A DNA stretch of 64,000 bases from Scyliorhinus canicula. Lineage: Eukaryota. Made by a program: the position numbers and the translations under genes. Numbering within the stretch: position 1 is the first letter of the stretch; each line of letters opens with the position of its first letter. The stretch covers positions 219,025,623 to 219,089,622 of the forward strand of contig NC_052149.1 in assembly GCF_902713615.1 (NCBI RefSeq). The letters are read 5' to 3'. Under the pieces are notes generated by a model, which saw only the letters and a list, made by a program, of their open reading frames with translations, searched no databases and had not been told where the DNA came from. Shown here piece after piece: positions 12,020 to 24,455 of this stretch.

Positions 12020-12430
12020 TCAGCTTTGTTACCCGAGTCAGAAGGTTGTTGATTCAAACTTTAAACCAGGACTTGAACACACAATCAAGGCTGATATTTC
12101 GGTGTGGTATTGAGGATATGCTTTTGTGCTCAAAGTGCCTTCCTTCAGGTATGGTGTTAAACCAATGCCCCACTTTACTGTTCCAATGGTTCAGTTGAAT
12201 TGGAAAGTCTACATCATTATTCAATGGGCAGCAGGTTCTCCTGGGGATTCTGGTCAATATTCTTCCCTCAGCCAACATGAAGAAAAAATAAAGGAACTTG
12301 TCATTTATCGCATTGCCATTTACAGGACCTTGCTGTGCACACAAGGGCTGCCTCATGTTTGCAAATAGAGCAATGGTGGTTTTAAATAATTTGCTGTCTG
12401 GGTAGAATTTTGGGATGTTCCTATAAAATA
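12020..12430 (+). mobile_element. Old SINE remnant, DeuSINE/SacSINE1-like
   Basis: Similar decayed blocks recur at about 32640, 33600 and 52190 (gagtcagaaggttg..ttcaa..acttgaacaca.aatcaaggctga); family assignment from recall. Confidence 0.45.
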
Positions 12431-13020
12431 CAAGCCTTTTCTACAAAAATAGAAAATCTGGATTTATTCTGTTCCACATAATTGAGTTAATTCTGATACC
12501 TACTACAAATATTTTCAACATAATTTGCCTCGTCTTATATCAACATTGGTGACATGCAAATATCAAGGTGGCTTATTTGACATTTTAAGAATAGGTACGT
12601 AGCATTATTCATTCTCTCCTTTTAGTCTTCTATCGTTCACCATTTCCAACCAACTAGCTAGTACACATCTGCTAAGCTAACTCTACAGTCAGGTGCTTTG
12701 AAGCATGCGGGAATTCTGGGTTGATTTTCCCTCCCTCCTATTTTGTGGAGCAATGCTTGGCTGTATTCAGCATTTCTAAGGCTAAAAATTCAGTGTGTAA
12801 TTAAGCAGATCCTATCTCTTAAAGTGCATTGCTGGTTAAATATGTTAAGAGTTCAAGATGGTATACAATAATTGATTTGAACAGGAGGAAATCAATAGTC
12901 TACTATTGAGCAATTCCTTATCAGCTAATATTATATCTGTAGCATTACCATTGTTCGTGGAACCTACTGGAATGAGATTTTTTTAAGCCCTCTTGTGGAA
13001 ATATCATTCACTCGCCTTAC

Positions 13021-13238
13021 CTTAACAGTTTTCCTACAAGCCTCGAGTGACTTATTCAATGGAGCTAAAACATCTTCCGCATTTACTTCACAGGCAGATA
13101 TAACCGCAACACTTTGCTCTGGTTTACAACTGCTGGACAGACCACAATGCTTTGGAGGCGGCAGTGGTGGCATTTTCTCATTGGACAAGGAAGGGCCTGA
13201 TGGTATCATTGCAGGAGGAATTCCAGCCGGTCCACAAA
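13021..13238 (-). CDS. SRA1: SRA1 coding exon 3
   Basis: tag acceptor; Pro-rich segment then EDVLAPLNKSLEACRKTVK|gtaagg; 218 nt, phase-consistent. Confidence 0.9.
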
Positions 13239-13297
13239 CTACAGGATAAATGCACAACGTCATTAGAATCTTGCCACTGGGGGAAAAATCTTTCTAT

Positions 13298-13600
13298 AAT
13301 GATAATCTTTATTATTGTCACAAGTCGGCTAACATTAACACTGCAATGAAGCTACTGTGAAAATCCCTTAGTCACCACACTCTGGAGACTGTTCAGGTAC
13401 ACAAAGGGAGAGTTCAGAATGTCCAATTCACCTAACATCAGAGCATGTCTTATGGGACTTGTGAGAGGAAACTGGAGCACCCGGAGGAAACCCATGCAGA
13501 CACAGGGAGAACTTGCAGACTCCACACAGTGATCCAAGAGGGAATTAAACCCGGGAGCCTGGTACTGTGAAACAACAGTGCTAACCGCACTATGCTACCG
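13298..13600 (-). mobile_element. V-domain SINE, type C
   Basis: Same family as 752-1056; lies about 60 bp from the exon 3 acceptor. Confidence 0.78.
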
Positions 13601-14278
13601 TAACGCCATCTCTGTGCTACTGGGAGTAAATGCAATTCATGCCGTTTCAGAAAAGTTTTTTATTTTAGAATTCACAGAGGGACTTGAGTAATCGCTGAAT
13701 TTAGTAATACTGTTAAATTAACATGTTGCCAGTGACCTCCAGCCTGCGTAGGATGATTGGAAGTAGTTTCCCAGGCTCATTTTCCAATGTGGTGAATTCC
13801 AAATTGTGGTTAGGAGGAAGCTTAGAGCAGAAAACAGGTGTCAGCCCTCAGGAGAGGGAGAAAAGGAAGTTGACAAAGTGATCCAGCTTACGACTGAGCA
13901 CCTCCTAATGACAGACAGCCCCATGTACACGTTGCTTGCCCACTACCTTGGAAGAAATAACACAACTTTAGGAAACTGCATGTAGGAAGAGGGGATTAAA
14001 AATAAACTGGTATAAATTAAATCTATGTTTACGCCAAGGCTGCGAGTAAAACAACAGCAGCAGAGAAAATGCTGATTTGAGTAAACACAAACCTACACTT
14101 GCTCCACATATTTTGTGGACAGCTGGTGCAGATACCGGCTCAAAAGAAGAAGTTTGATCACATGAAAAAAGTGATGGCCACAATTTTGATGCAACTGTAA
14201 TTAAAATCTTTACGCCCACCGATTCCCAGCAGATATTCTGCCTTTGGTTGCACGTCTAATGTAGTAACTGATGCTCAC

Positions 14279-14407
14279 CTTTTGGTTTATCCAGCTGAGG
14301 TGCCGGCACCCTCTTAGTGAGAAAATGTTTCCTGGGACCAATCTGTGCTTGTGTCTGCAAACCATACGAAAACTGAGGAGGATCATTCCAGCCTCGCTCC
14401 TGGTTTC
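14279..14407 (-). CDS. SRA1: SRA1 coding exon 2
   Basis: (G)[42 protein letters not shown]|gtgag; [15 protein letters not shown] is the SRA1 signature. Confidence 0.95.
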
Positions 14408-16568
14408 CTGAATTTTTTTTTAAAAAAGGTTCACAATTAAGCAAAACAGTATAAAAAATGTAAATTAGTTACAGGAAACTATTCAAAACGACAACTTGTA
14501 TTTATATATCCACAGGTAAAACATTTCATGGCCCTTTAAAACTGAAATGTACAGAACATTAAGAATGTTTTCAATATTTTCCCAAATTAACAGACTGTTG
14601 AGTGGTAACATCAAATCTTTTCTTTTCTCACCAATTTCCTTGAAACATGAAACTATTTTTCAGAAGAACCTATTTTCTCCCATAAGTATTAATGGAAATC
14701 CAAGACCACATTTTTCAAAGCTACCTGTTAAGCTGGTTTTATTAGCAGTTCATTAACACAGAGGAAAAAAAGCATTTTCCTTTTTTTTTCCTTGAACCAA
14801 AAATTTGTTTTTCCTGAAGCAAATATCAACCGTGGATGAGATGATACACACAGGCAGATATCAAGAGCTCTCACCAGTGAGCAAACAGAATAACTGGTCA
14901 ACTTGCAATTACTCTACTGCTTCTAAGATAAAGAACTCCACTATCATAGCAACACTGAAGTTCTCTGGTGTAATGTAAAGGTGTGAAATTAATCCACTGT
15001 AAGCACATCTTTCACCTTGTGACAAAGGTCTGAATGTCTATAATAGCGTAGAGGGGCTTTAGAAGGGTTTCACAGGACGGTGCAACATCGTGGGCCGAAG
15101 GGCCTGTACTGCGCTGTAATGTTCTATGTCAGGTACGCAAACAAGAAAGAGCGTGAGTCTCACCTGAACGAACAGATAACCTCTGATATATGGTGGTATA
15201 TTTATTTCAAAAGCAGCAAATGGTGATAAGTGGCATAAAAATAAACCCTGCTGCAGTCAAGGTATAGATATTAGTGATCAGCAATGAAATATATTTTTCC
15301 CTTGGTCAACATGTCAAGCAAAGTTCCTCTTCTACCCAAAAGTCAAAAGGGCACTCACTAATGTATTAGTGTAAACCTTTCCATTCTAAACCTTCAGAGA
15401 ACTTCAACACAGAAACAGCTCAACTGGTCTTACGTCAGTGTTAATGCTCCACACCAGTCTCATCTCAGCCCTCCTTATCTAACCGTATCAGCATACCTTT
15501 CTCTCTTTTGCTTCAAGGTTTTCCCTTGAATGTAGCCTTTTGAGAGAGTTTGCCAACTGTTGTGTCGACCTGTATCAGACAAGTAGCAATTCTGTGCTAT
15601 AAATAAATATTGATCATGTCAAACAGTAACTGACAACCATGTGAAGTGAGCTTGCTACAAAAGTCAGTCATTTATTTCCTGGCCAGGACAGGCAAAGTGA
15701 CAAGGTTTCTCACTGAATAACAAGACTATTTCCTCTCCAGGATTCAACATTATAAACATGGTTTCTGGAGAGGAGATAAATTCCAATGATTAACTTTTCC
15801 CTTCTTTAAATGTATTATTCTCCATTCCAATGTTTTCTAGCTGTGACCAGGGATAAAACATAAAATTTAGGAATTTAAAGTTTTGTTGAAATATAAACTG
15901 CTCATAAATGTGTTGCTGGTGACAATTACATTATTCAGTGGATAGCAATCGTTATTCTCTGAGCTCTAATGCAGTGAGCTGAGGTGAACTGTATTTCCAG
16001 AGTCATTAAAAGGGTCATTGGAGTCCTCAGCTTGTTCATGACCTTGGTGTCTTGCATCATGTCAGTTCCCTGGTCTCAATAATGCAGCGCTTAAATATTA
16101 TTGCACGTATTAAATATAATACTCAGACTAGAGCACACCAAATAATCATCAGAATTTAAAACTGAAGAGGAGTTCAAAAAGGGCGCTGCTTATCACAAGG
16201 CCTCTTCAATGTCTAAGCAGAAATAATGATCAAAGGAAAATTTGTAAACAGAGAATTGGGTGTCATGATTGGAGTAAATTATATCAGTTATATTTGCAGA
16301 TAAAAAAATATCTGCAATATGCACAGAATAGCGATTACAAGAACTAGTAGACATGACTGTAACAGCAGATGTGAACTTTGGAATGAAATTCAACTTTGCC
16401 AAAGCAAAGGAGATTCATATATCAAAATCACCATGACATATTCCTACATCCATAAAAGGGAAATAACTACAAGATGCAAGAAAACCAAATTATAAATGCA
16501 CAAACAAGTGGCATATACATAGATCTTGTGTGCAAAATGACAGTTGCAACAAGATAGCACAGTGGTAA

Positions 16569-16870
16569 GGCAGCATGTTGGCACAGCGGTTAGCACTGTT
16601 GCCTCAGTGCCAGGGATCTGGGTTCAATTCCAGCCTTGGGTAACTTGTGAAGTTTTCACTGTCTCCCCATGTCTGCGTGAGTTTCCTCCGGGTGCTCCGG
16701 TTTCCTTGCACAGTCCAAAGATGTGCCGGTTAGGTGGATTGGCCACGTTTAATTGTCCCTTGTGTCCAAAGTTAGGTTAACGGATTATTGGGATAGGGCA
16801 CTGACCCCTTTCAGAGGGTCAGTGCAGAATGATGGGCCGAATGGCCTTCTGAACTATACATGATTCTATT
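16569..16870 (+). mobile_element. V-domain (HE1-type) SINE
   Basis: tRNA-like head, V-domain, CR1-like tail gatgggccgaatggcct. Confidence 0.7.
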
Positions 16871-17185
16871 AATGTGCCTACGTATGTTTTAGTGGGTCAC
16901 ACTGGCATGATGGGCTGGTTAGTACTTTGTTTGGTCTGCCACTGGTGTTGTCACTCCCAGTCTGGATGTTGATTTCTGGTTCAGCTATCTGGTTGATCCT
17001 ACCAGCAACAGACAATACCTGCACTCCTCTAATTTTGATCTTTTGAGAATCTGCCATGTTAATCAATCCATGATTGATGCGCCTTCAGTTGCCTTGGCCC
17101 TAGGTTGCGGAATTCCCTCCCTAAACCTCTCCACCTCATTCTTCTCAAGAAACACATGTCTCTTCATGTGATTCAGTGTCATATT

Positions 17186-17533
17186 AGAACATAGAACATA
17201 GAACAGTACAGCACAGAACAGGCCCTTCGGCCCTCAATGTTGTGCCGAGCCATGATCACCCTACTCAAACCCACGTATCCACCCTATACCCGTAACCCAA
17301 CAACCCCCCCCCCCCCAACTTTTATTAGGACACTACGGGCAATTTAGCATGGCCAATCCACCTAACCCGCACATCTTTGGACTGTGGGAGGAAACCGGAG
17401 CACCCGGAGGAAACCCACGCAGACAGGGGGAGGACGTGCAGACTCCACACAGACAGTGACCCAGCCGGGAATCGAACCTGGACCCTGGAGCTGTGAAGCA
17501 TTTATGCTAACCACCATGCTACCCTGCTGCCCG
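17186..17533 (-). mobile_element. Young HE1-type V-SINE, type A, with CR1-derived tail
   Basis: Near-identical to 20228, 28573 and 40722; tail gggccgaagggcctgttctgtgctgtactg(ttctatg)n shared with CR1 3' ends in this window. Confidence 0.85.
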
Positions 17534-18696
17534 TTGTATTGTTTGTAAAGTGTTCTTTTTATTACATTAAAAGGTGCCACATGTACCTTTGTTCAGTCAA
17601 CACTCTACTCAACACTTACTTTACCCGCTGTGGACTTTTAACTGCATTCCTAGATGTAGTCAGGAATCTCAGAAGCAACCTTTGTCCCCTGAAGGGCATT
17701 GCTTAACTTGGGCGGATCAGAACCATGGATGGGGTTGGAGAGGAATCTTACTCGGAGCCTCTCTGCGAGATTGGCAATGAAGGTTCCTTCAGAAGGATGA
17801 TTTGGTGCAGGCAGCTGAGATTTTCTTCAATTGCTGGTGACATTTTCCTTCCCCATGACCATTAATACTGCAGCTCTCCGCCCCTCTCCTTCCTTTGTCG
17901 TCCACGATATATACGTGTACTTTCTGAAAATACTGTCCAGCTTAGGTACACACACACACACACACTCATATTTTTAAAATTTAGTCCTTCATGGGATGTG
18001 GGCATTCCTGGCTGGGCTAGCATTTATTGCCCAACCCCAAGAGCATTAGTCAACCGCAGTGCTGTTGTCTGGAGTCACATGTAGGCCAGACCAGGCAAAG
18101 ATGACAGATTTCCTTCCCGGAAGGACGTCAATTGACAATGGTTCCATGGTCATTAGACTTTTAATTTCAGATTTCTGTTGAATCTAAATTCCATCATCGA
18201 ACCCATCTCCAGCTTTAACAAAAAGTCATCCAAGCTAGAAATGCTGGCTCCCTTTTCTCTCTCCACAGATGCTGTCAGACCTGTTAAGCGTGTCCAGCAT
18301 TTTCTGTTTTTGTTTCAGTTTCCAGCATTCACAGTAATTTGCTTTTGGTCTCCAGAGCTTTACCCTGGGTCTCTGGATTACTAATCCAATGGAAATACCA
18401 CTGCCTGTTTATCCTACATATATACATATTTAATATATATATATATATATATATCCTGATGCATAGTTTCCATTCCCCTCTGCAGCTTCTCATTTACAAA
18501 CGTGATCAGCCCCAGGGCAGCTTCACATCACCGCCCACAGCTGACTCCAACTTAGTGCCACGTAACCAGGGTAACAGACTGAGGCCTGCGCCTCGGGCAG
18601 CTCCGCTCCACCCTCCCCTCACACACCTCAGCTTCTTTTAAACCCTGCCCGTCCTGTCTCATGCGAGACCATTTGCTTCTCTCCCCCTCACTTCAC

Positions 18697-18721
18697 CTGG
18701 TTTGACGAACAGATCCGACAT
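18697..18721 (-). CDS. SRA1: SRA1 coding exon 1
   Basis: ATG TCG GAT CTG TTC GTC AAA CCA G|gtgaag = MSDLFVKP(G), cf. SRA1 MAELYVKPG; joins exon 2 in frame. Confidence 0.9.
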
Positions 18722-18734
18722 TTCTCCCTCGTCC

Positions 18735-18905
18735 CTCCTCCGAGCCGGCTGCGGGGATTTCCGGCGCCATTGCGTCACTTCCGGCGATAAACAGAGCTGT
18801 ACGTCATCGGTCCTGCAGTATCGGCGCCGTACACACACCACGCATGCGCCGTTCATTTGATCAGTGCCGTACGGCAACTCAGCCTCTCGCTGCAATGCGC
18901 AGATC
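18735..18905 (-). promoter_or_regulatory. SRA1 CpG-rich promoter/5' UTR
   Basis: Local CpG enrichment with gcgtcacttccgg (CRE-half/ETS composite), cggcgccatt (YY1-like) and cgcatgcgc (NRF1-like). Confidence 0.65.
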
Positions 18906-19357
18906 TACAGTTTACATGACATGGAATCACTGGTTCTCCAGTCTTGCTAACTGTATCTGAATATAAATTTTAATTGACTTGCCTTGTATATCCTTCCGAG
19001 AACTTTAATGTGGTTCCTATGCTGGACCCCCTCCCCTCAGCTCACCTACTGCTGGAACCCTTATTTAATTTATCTTTGTTACCCCTGGACTGTTGCAACG
19101 CTCTGAAAACATAGAATGCATAGAAAGTCAGGCAGCATCTGTAGAGAGAGAAATCGAGTTAACAAACGGGATTTTAGTTTTGGAAATGGGGCCTTGATGT
19201 CAGAGTCCCAACCCTGCATTGCCTAATGCAATTTTTTTTCCTGAATCATGAGTTTTTTAATTACAATCACCCTACAAGCCTGTTACAGATATCGTGTCAA
19301 TGGTGTACAGTGGCAACGCACAGGTAAGAGTGCCACATCAGGCCTCACATGGCACCA

Positions 19358-19539
19358 TTACAGGTGTGAATGATGTATCTGTTGCGCAATTGTTGCACAT
19401 ACTTGGCCTGATCAAAACCAGTGGTGGGCTTCTCCACTGGGGGTCTACCTTCCACCAACTTGACAAAGTAGTGACAGTATACTCTGTCCATGATACCAAA
19501 CATTCCTCTGCCATGGTAATGAATCCTCTTCAGATACTG
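19358..19539 (-). pseudogene. MRPL22: MRPL22 (mitochondrial ribosomal protein uL22m) C-terminal pseudogene fragment
   Basis: [59 protein letters not shown] matches the MRPL22 C-terminus. Homology starts abruptly, no upstream exons were found, and the expected ...HTL-stop is shifted by a 1-nt loss (CAC ACC TG TAA). Confidence 0.8.
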
Positions 19540-20227
19540 GGAAATACTTGCCATCTAATTAAGGACAGGGGTGGGCTTCTGACACTGGAGGATCACCTAT
19601 TGGCCTTCAGCCCTGAGAGGTCAGAGGCTCCACCTTCAAAGGTGGAATCCACTGATGTAGATGTAGAGAGAAGAGACTGCCAGATGGCATCATCAGAGTG
19701 GCCTTGAAGTTTAACTGGCTACTTGCTGCTTACGGACATGTAGCTGTTCCCAACCCCACCACCAAAACGGAGATTTTCCACGTGGCTGGGAGGCAGTACC
19801 ATGGTGGCCGATGGCAGTTTACCGACCTGCCGTTTGAAGATTTTGCCCCACATTTTAGGTCAAATGCTGCCTTAATTTCAACCTTAATGCACAAGTGTGC
19901 TTTTTCACATTTTCCACACCAGCTTGATGAGATTCTCGAGCACAATAAACACTGGCCTTACCATGAAAACCCACATCCCAGGAGTTATTTTTTTAAAATG
20001 CCAATACTACTGAATTACAAGGCTTGCTATTATATGCATATGGGATTGTAGCTTTCCAGACTTATTTTACACAGAGAATTTACAGCCTGCAGACAAAAAG
20101 CTTTCATCCCATTAATCCAGGTCGGACTTTAATTCAGATGCCTGAACTGGAAAGCCAATTTATAAACTTCTACATCACTGTTTTCCATAACATGCACTCC
20201 AATGATAATTACAAAAGCACAACTGAT

Positions 20228-20573
20228 TAGAACATAGAACAGTACAGCACAGAACAGGCCCTTCGGCCCTCAATGTTGTGCCGAGCCATGATCACCCTAC
20301 TCAAACCCACATATCCACCCTATACCCATAACCCAACAACACAACCCCCTTAACCTTACTTTTATTAGGACACTACGGGCAATTTAGCATGGCCAATCCA
20401 CCTAACCCGCACATCTTTGGACTGTGGGAGGAAACCGGAGCATCCGGAGGAAACCCACGCACACAGGGGGAGGACGTGCAGACTCCACACAGACAGTGAC
20501 CCAGCCGGGAATCGAACCTGGGACCCTGGAGCTGTGAAGCATTTATGCTAACCACCATGCTACCCTGCTGCCC
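20228..20573 (-). mobile_element. Young HE1-type V-SINE, type A
   Basis: Near-identical to 17186-17533. Confidence 0.85.
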
Positions 20574-20702
20574 CTAACATTATTTGGAAGATGGCGGTGT
20601 AGTGGTAATGTTCCTAAATTAGTAATCCAGAGACCCAAGGTAATGCCCTGGGGACATGGGTTTGAATCATACCAGTGGCTGATGGAATTTGAAATTCAAG
20701 GG

Positions 20703-20776
20703 AACCAGTTAACACAGATGGTTAGAGTGTGGTGCCAATAATGTTACGGTTGCAGGTTCAACCACCATACTGGCCA
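20703..20776 (+). pseudogene. tRNA-Ile(AAT) pseudogene
   Basis: 74 nt colinear with vertebrate tRNA-Ile-AAT (tggttagagtgtggtgccAATaatg..ggttgcaggttcaa..actggcca); many transition-type changes disrupt the stems; TTTT follows 7 nt downstream. Confidence 0.75.
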
Positions 20777-21290
20777 GCAAGACTTTTCGCCACAAACCAA
20801 GTATGTTGCTTGCTATGATTAGATACAAACCTTAAATGATTGCTGGCACATTCCAAGATGAATTCAACTAGGAACACTTACTCCCGGAACATTCCAGCCT
20901 TTCTGCTTTCAGGGGCTATCATTAATTTAACTTGTTAATTTGATTAATTAATCCACTTTACTGTTTCATAGCAAAAGGGTATAAAGCTAATCTCAGTAAT
21001 GGTGATCATAAAACTATCATTAATTACCAAAAAAACCCATCTGGTTTACTAATGTCGTTTAAGGAAGGAAATCTGCCATCCTTTCTTGGTCTGACCTACA
21101 AATGACAACCAACCCACAGCATTATGGCCCAGCGAACCACTGATTTCAACAGCAATAGGGATGGGAAAGAAATGCTGGTCTTGCCAGCAATGCCCATGTT
21201 CCGTGAAAGAATAAAACTTAGAAAAATACTATTGTATATTTTACATCTATAAAATTACATTTTCCAATGACTCAAACTTCTCTGGTTGAA

Positions 21291-21520
21291 GGGCAGCACG
21301 GTGGTGCAGTGGGTTAGCCCTGCTGCCTCACGGCGCCGAGGCCCCAGGTTCGATCCCGGCTCTGGGTCACTGTCCGTGTGGAGTTTGCACATTCTCCCAG
21401 TGTTTGCGTGGGTTTCGCCCCCACAACCCAAAAGATGTGCAGGGTAGGTGAATTAGCCATACTAAATTGCCCCTTAATAGAAAAAAAATGAATTGGGTAC
21501 TCTAAATTTTTTTTTTTTAA
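21291..21520 (+). mobile_element. V-domain SINE, type B
   Basis: Full head gggcagcacggtggtgcagtgg to tail aattgggtactctaaattt. Confidence 0.82.
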
Positions 21521-21961
21521 ACTTCTCTGGTTTATCTAAGATGATACAAGGCATTGCAGCCAAGAGTAACAATACAGCTCTGTTCAATAATTATTAAATT
21601 CCTTTCACCGTGAGTGTACATACATTATGTGGCCTGTATCGGTTCGAGAAAGTGGCTCACAGCACCTTTGCAAGGGCACTTAGGGATGGGCAATAAATGC
21701 TGGATTAGCCAGCAACACCCATACATATCCTGTGAAAGAACAAAGTAAGAAAAAGTACTTTCAGTTTAGAACTGTAGCAGTCCAAGAAACAAAATTTTAA
21801 TATAAGTTCCAATTGTTCTGTTGTACGGAATGATATTAATCCTTTATAGACGTGTACAGCAAGTACAGGATGATTGCGGTATACTGGGTATAAATGTGGT
21901 CATGAGGCTCCATCAGGGCACTTGAAATTTCTACTTTGTAAAAGATTGAAATGGACAACCA

Positions 21962-22270
21962 GGGCAGAACGGTTGCACAGTGGTTAGCACTGTTGCATCA
22001 CTGCACCAGGGTCCCAGGTTCGATACCCGGCTTGGGTCACTGTCTGTGCGGAGTCTGCACTTTCTCCACGTGTCTGCGTGGGTTTCCTCCGGGTGCTCTG
22101 GTTTCCTCCTACAAGTCCCGAAAGCCGTGCTTGTTCGGTGAATTGGACATTCTGAATTCCCACTCAGCATACCCAAAAAGGCGCCGGACTGTGGCAACTA
22201 GGGAATTTTCACAGTAACTTCATTGACGAGTTAATGTAAACCAACTTGTGACACTAATAAAGATTATTAT
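21962..22270 (+). mobile_element. V-domain SINE, type C
   Basis: Tail cacagtaacttcattg...gtgacactaataaagattattat. Confidence 0.82.
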
Positions 22271-22459
22271 TTCCGCAGGAATAGTGAAGAGAAGAAACAG
22301 GAATCGAGTGGGTGGAAAGCAGCAATATTGTAATACCAACTGAAATTCTATACCTCACAGCAGCACAATACGGTACTGCGCACACAACTGAACTATTTAA
22401 TACAATGTTCTTTTAAAAAATAAACGTGACAAAATAACATCACACATTTGTTGCCACCC

Positions 22460-23088
22460 AGGTTGATAGGCTTGTGAAGAAGGCCTATGGTGTGTTGGCC
22501 TTTATTGGTAGAGGGATTGAGTTCCGGAGCCATGAGGTCATGTTGCAGTTGTACAAAACTCTAGTACGGCCGCATTTGGAGTATTGCGTACAGTTCTGGT
22601 CGCCTCATTATAGGAAGGACGTGGAAGCTTTGGAACGGGTGCAGAGATTTACCAGGATGTTGCCTGGTATGGAGGGAAAATCTTATGAGGAAACGCTGAT
22701 GGACTTGAGGTTGTTTTCGTTAGAGAGAAGAAGGTTAAGAGGTGACTTAATAGAGGCATACAAAATGATCAGAGGGTTAGATAGGGTGGACAGTGAGAGC
22801 CTTCTCCCGCGGATGGAGGTGGCTAGCACGGGGGGACATAGCCTTAAATTGAGGGGTAATAGATATAGGACAGAGGTCAGAGGTGGGTTTTTTACGCAGA
22901 GTGGTGAGGCCGTGGAATGCCCTACCTGCAACAGTAGTGAGCTCGCCAACATTGAGGGCATTTAAAAGTTTATTGGATAAGCATATGGATGATAAGGGCA
23001 TAGTGTAGGTTAGATGGCCATTAGTTTTTTTCCATGTCGGTGCAACATCGAGGGCCGAAGGGCCTGTACTGCGCTGTATCGTTCTATG
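22460..23088 (+). mobile_element. CR1-type LINE 3' fragment
   Basis: KKAYGVLAFIGRGIEFRSHEVMLQLYKTLVRPHLEYCVQFWSP...LERRRLRGDLIE; tail gggccgaagggcctgtactgcgctgtatcgttctatg. Confidence 0.88.
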
Positions 23089-23190
23089 TAACATTGGTCT
23101 TTTTTCCTCCCAAACTCCTTCAGCTGATGATTTATTAAGGTAAACAATATATTTGGTGAATTCCTCTTATGGGCAGCACGATAGCACAAT

Positions 23191-23523
23191 GGGCGGCACG
23201 GTAGTACAGTGGTTAGCACAGTTGCTTCACAGCTTCAGGGTCCCAGGTTTGTTTCCCAGCTTGGGTCACAGGCTGTGCGGCGTCTGCACGTTATCCCCGT
23301 GTCTGCGTGGGTTTCCTCCGGGTGCTCCGGTTTCCTCTCAGTCCAAAGATGTGCAGGTTAGGTGGATTGGCCATGATAAATTGCCTTAGTGTCCAAAAAG
23401 GTTAGGTGTGGTTACTGGGTTGCAGGATTTGGTGGAGGTGTGGCCTGAGGGAGGGTACTCTTTCCAAGGGCTGGTGCAGACTTGATGGGCCAAATGGCTT
23501 CCTTCTGGGCTGTAAATTCTATG
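23191..23523 (+). mobile_element. V-domain (HE1-type) SINE
   Basis: tRNA-like head, V-domain, tail ..gatgggccaaatggc..gtaaattctatg. Confidence 0.78.
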
Positions 23524-24250
23524 TAGTCAGTGAAGATTAGAGTTTTCAGGTGCAAAAGTACTGCACATGTGGAACTCTGAAGTAAAACATGAAAGCTCTG
23601 GAAATGCTCAGAGAAACAGGGTTAACCTTTGTGCTAAAATGTTATCTCGGGTTTTCTCTTGAAAGCTGCTGCCTGACCTGCTGAGCATTCCCAGGATTTT
23701 TCTGGTTGTATTTCAAAATTTTCAGGCAGCTGTTCAGATCAACCCAAACCAGAACAAATTGAAATATTGTTGCAGGATTTCACAAAAGGTCTTATTTTTA
23801 ATTCTGCCGTCTGCTTCTAAACTGCAAGTACCATAACCAAGAAACCAACTTCAATAATATGAATTATTATGCAGAATTTTTATTTTTGGAAGCAGTAAAA
23901 TTCATTTTAAAGTTCACGTAGCTGTGGCTGGACACAGGCATCTTGTGGCGAGCAGCGCGAGTTCCATTTTTCACAACCTTCGGCTCCAAATATTTTGGCG
24001 TCGCAAATTACTGGAATCAATAGACATGCCAAAAGCTATGTGGTAAACTATATGACCATCAGCTCATCTCCTTACAGAGACAGCAAGAAAAGCAAGCTAA
24101 AAAAGTAAACATAAACAGTGGGGGGGTGATCATTTTGACTCTGCCTCTCTTCTGCATCTGGGTAGCCCTGGAGATGGAGCACCCAGTTTCCAACAGTACG
24201 CTTCAGGCCTTCCCCAACCAGTAGGCACTGCAAGGACTGCATTGTCAAAA

Positions 24251-24455
24251 CTTTTTTTTTAAATTTCCAATTAAGGGGTAACTCAGCATGTCCAATCCAC
24301 CTACCCTGCACATCTTTGGGTTGTTGGGGTGAGACCCACGCAGACACAGGGAGAATGTGCAAAGTCCATATGGATAATGACCCGGGGCCGAGATCGAACC
24401 AGAGTCATCAGTGCTATGAGGCAGCAGTGCTAACCATCGCGCCACCGTGCTGTCC
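24251..24455 (-). mobile_element. V-domain SINE, type B
   Basis: Same family as 21291. Confidence 0.75.

Noticed and set aside
19294-20051. Plus-strand ORFs 19294-19707 and 19698-20051
   Set aside because: Antisense to the MRPL22 fragment and repeat-like DNA; no recognisable domain or splice structure.
20373-20558. Recurrent ORFs of the type LGHCLCGVCTSSPCVRGFPPGAPVSSHSPK
   Set aside because: Translations of the SINE V-domain repeated in every copy, not a gene family.
21291-21365. tRNA-like sequences at SINE heads
   Set aside because: A/B boxes are present but continue into SINE bodies; not tRNA genes.
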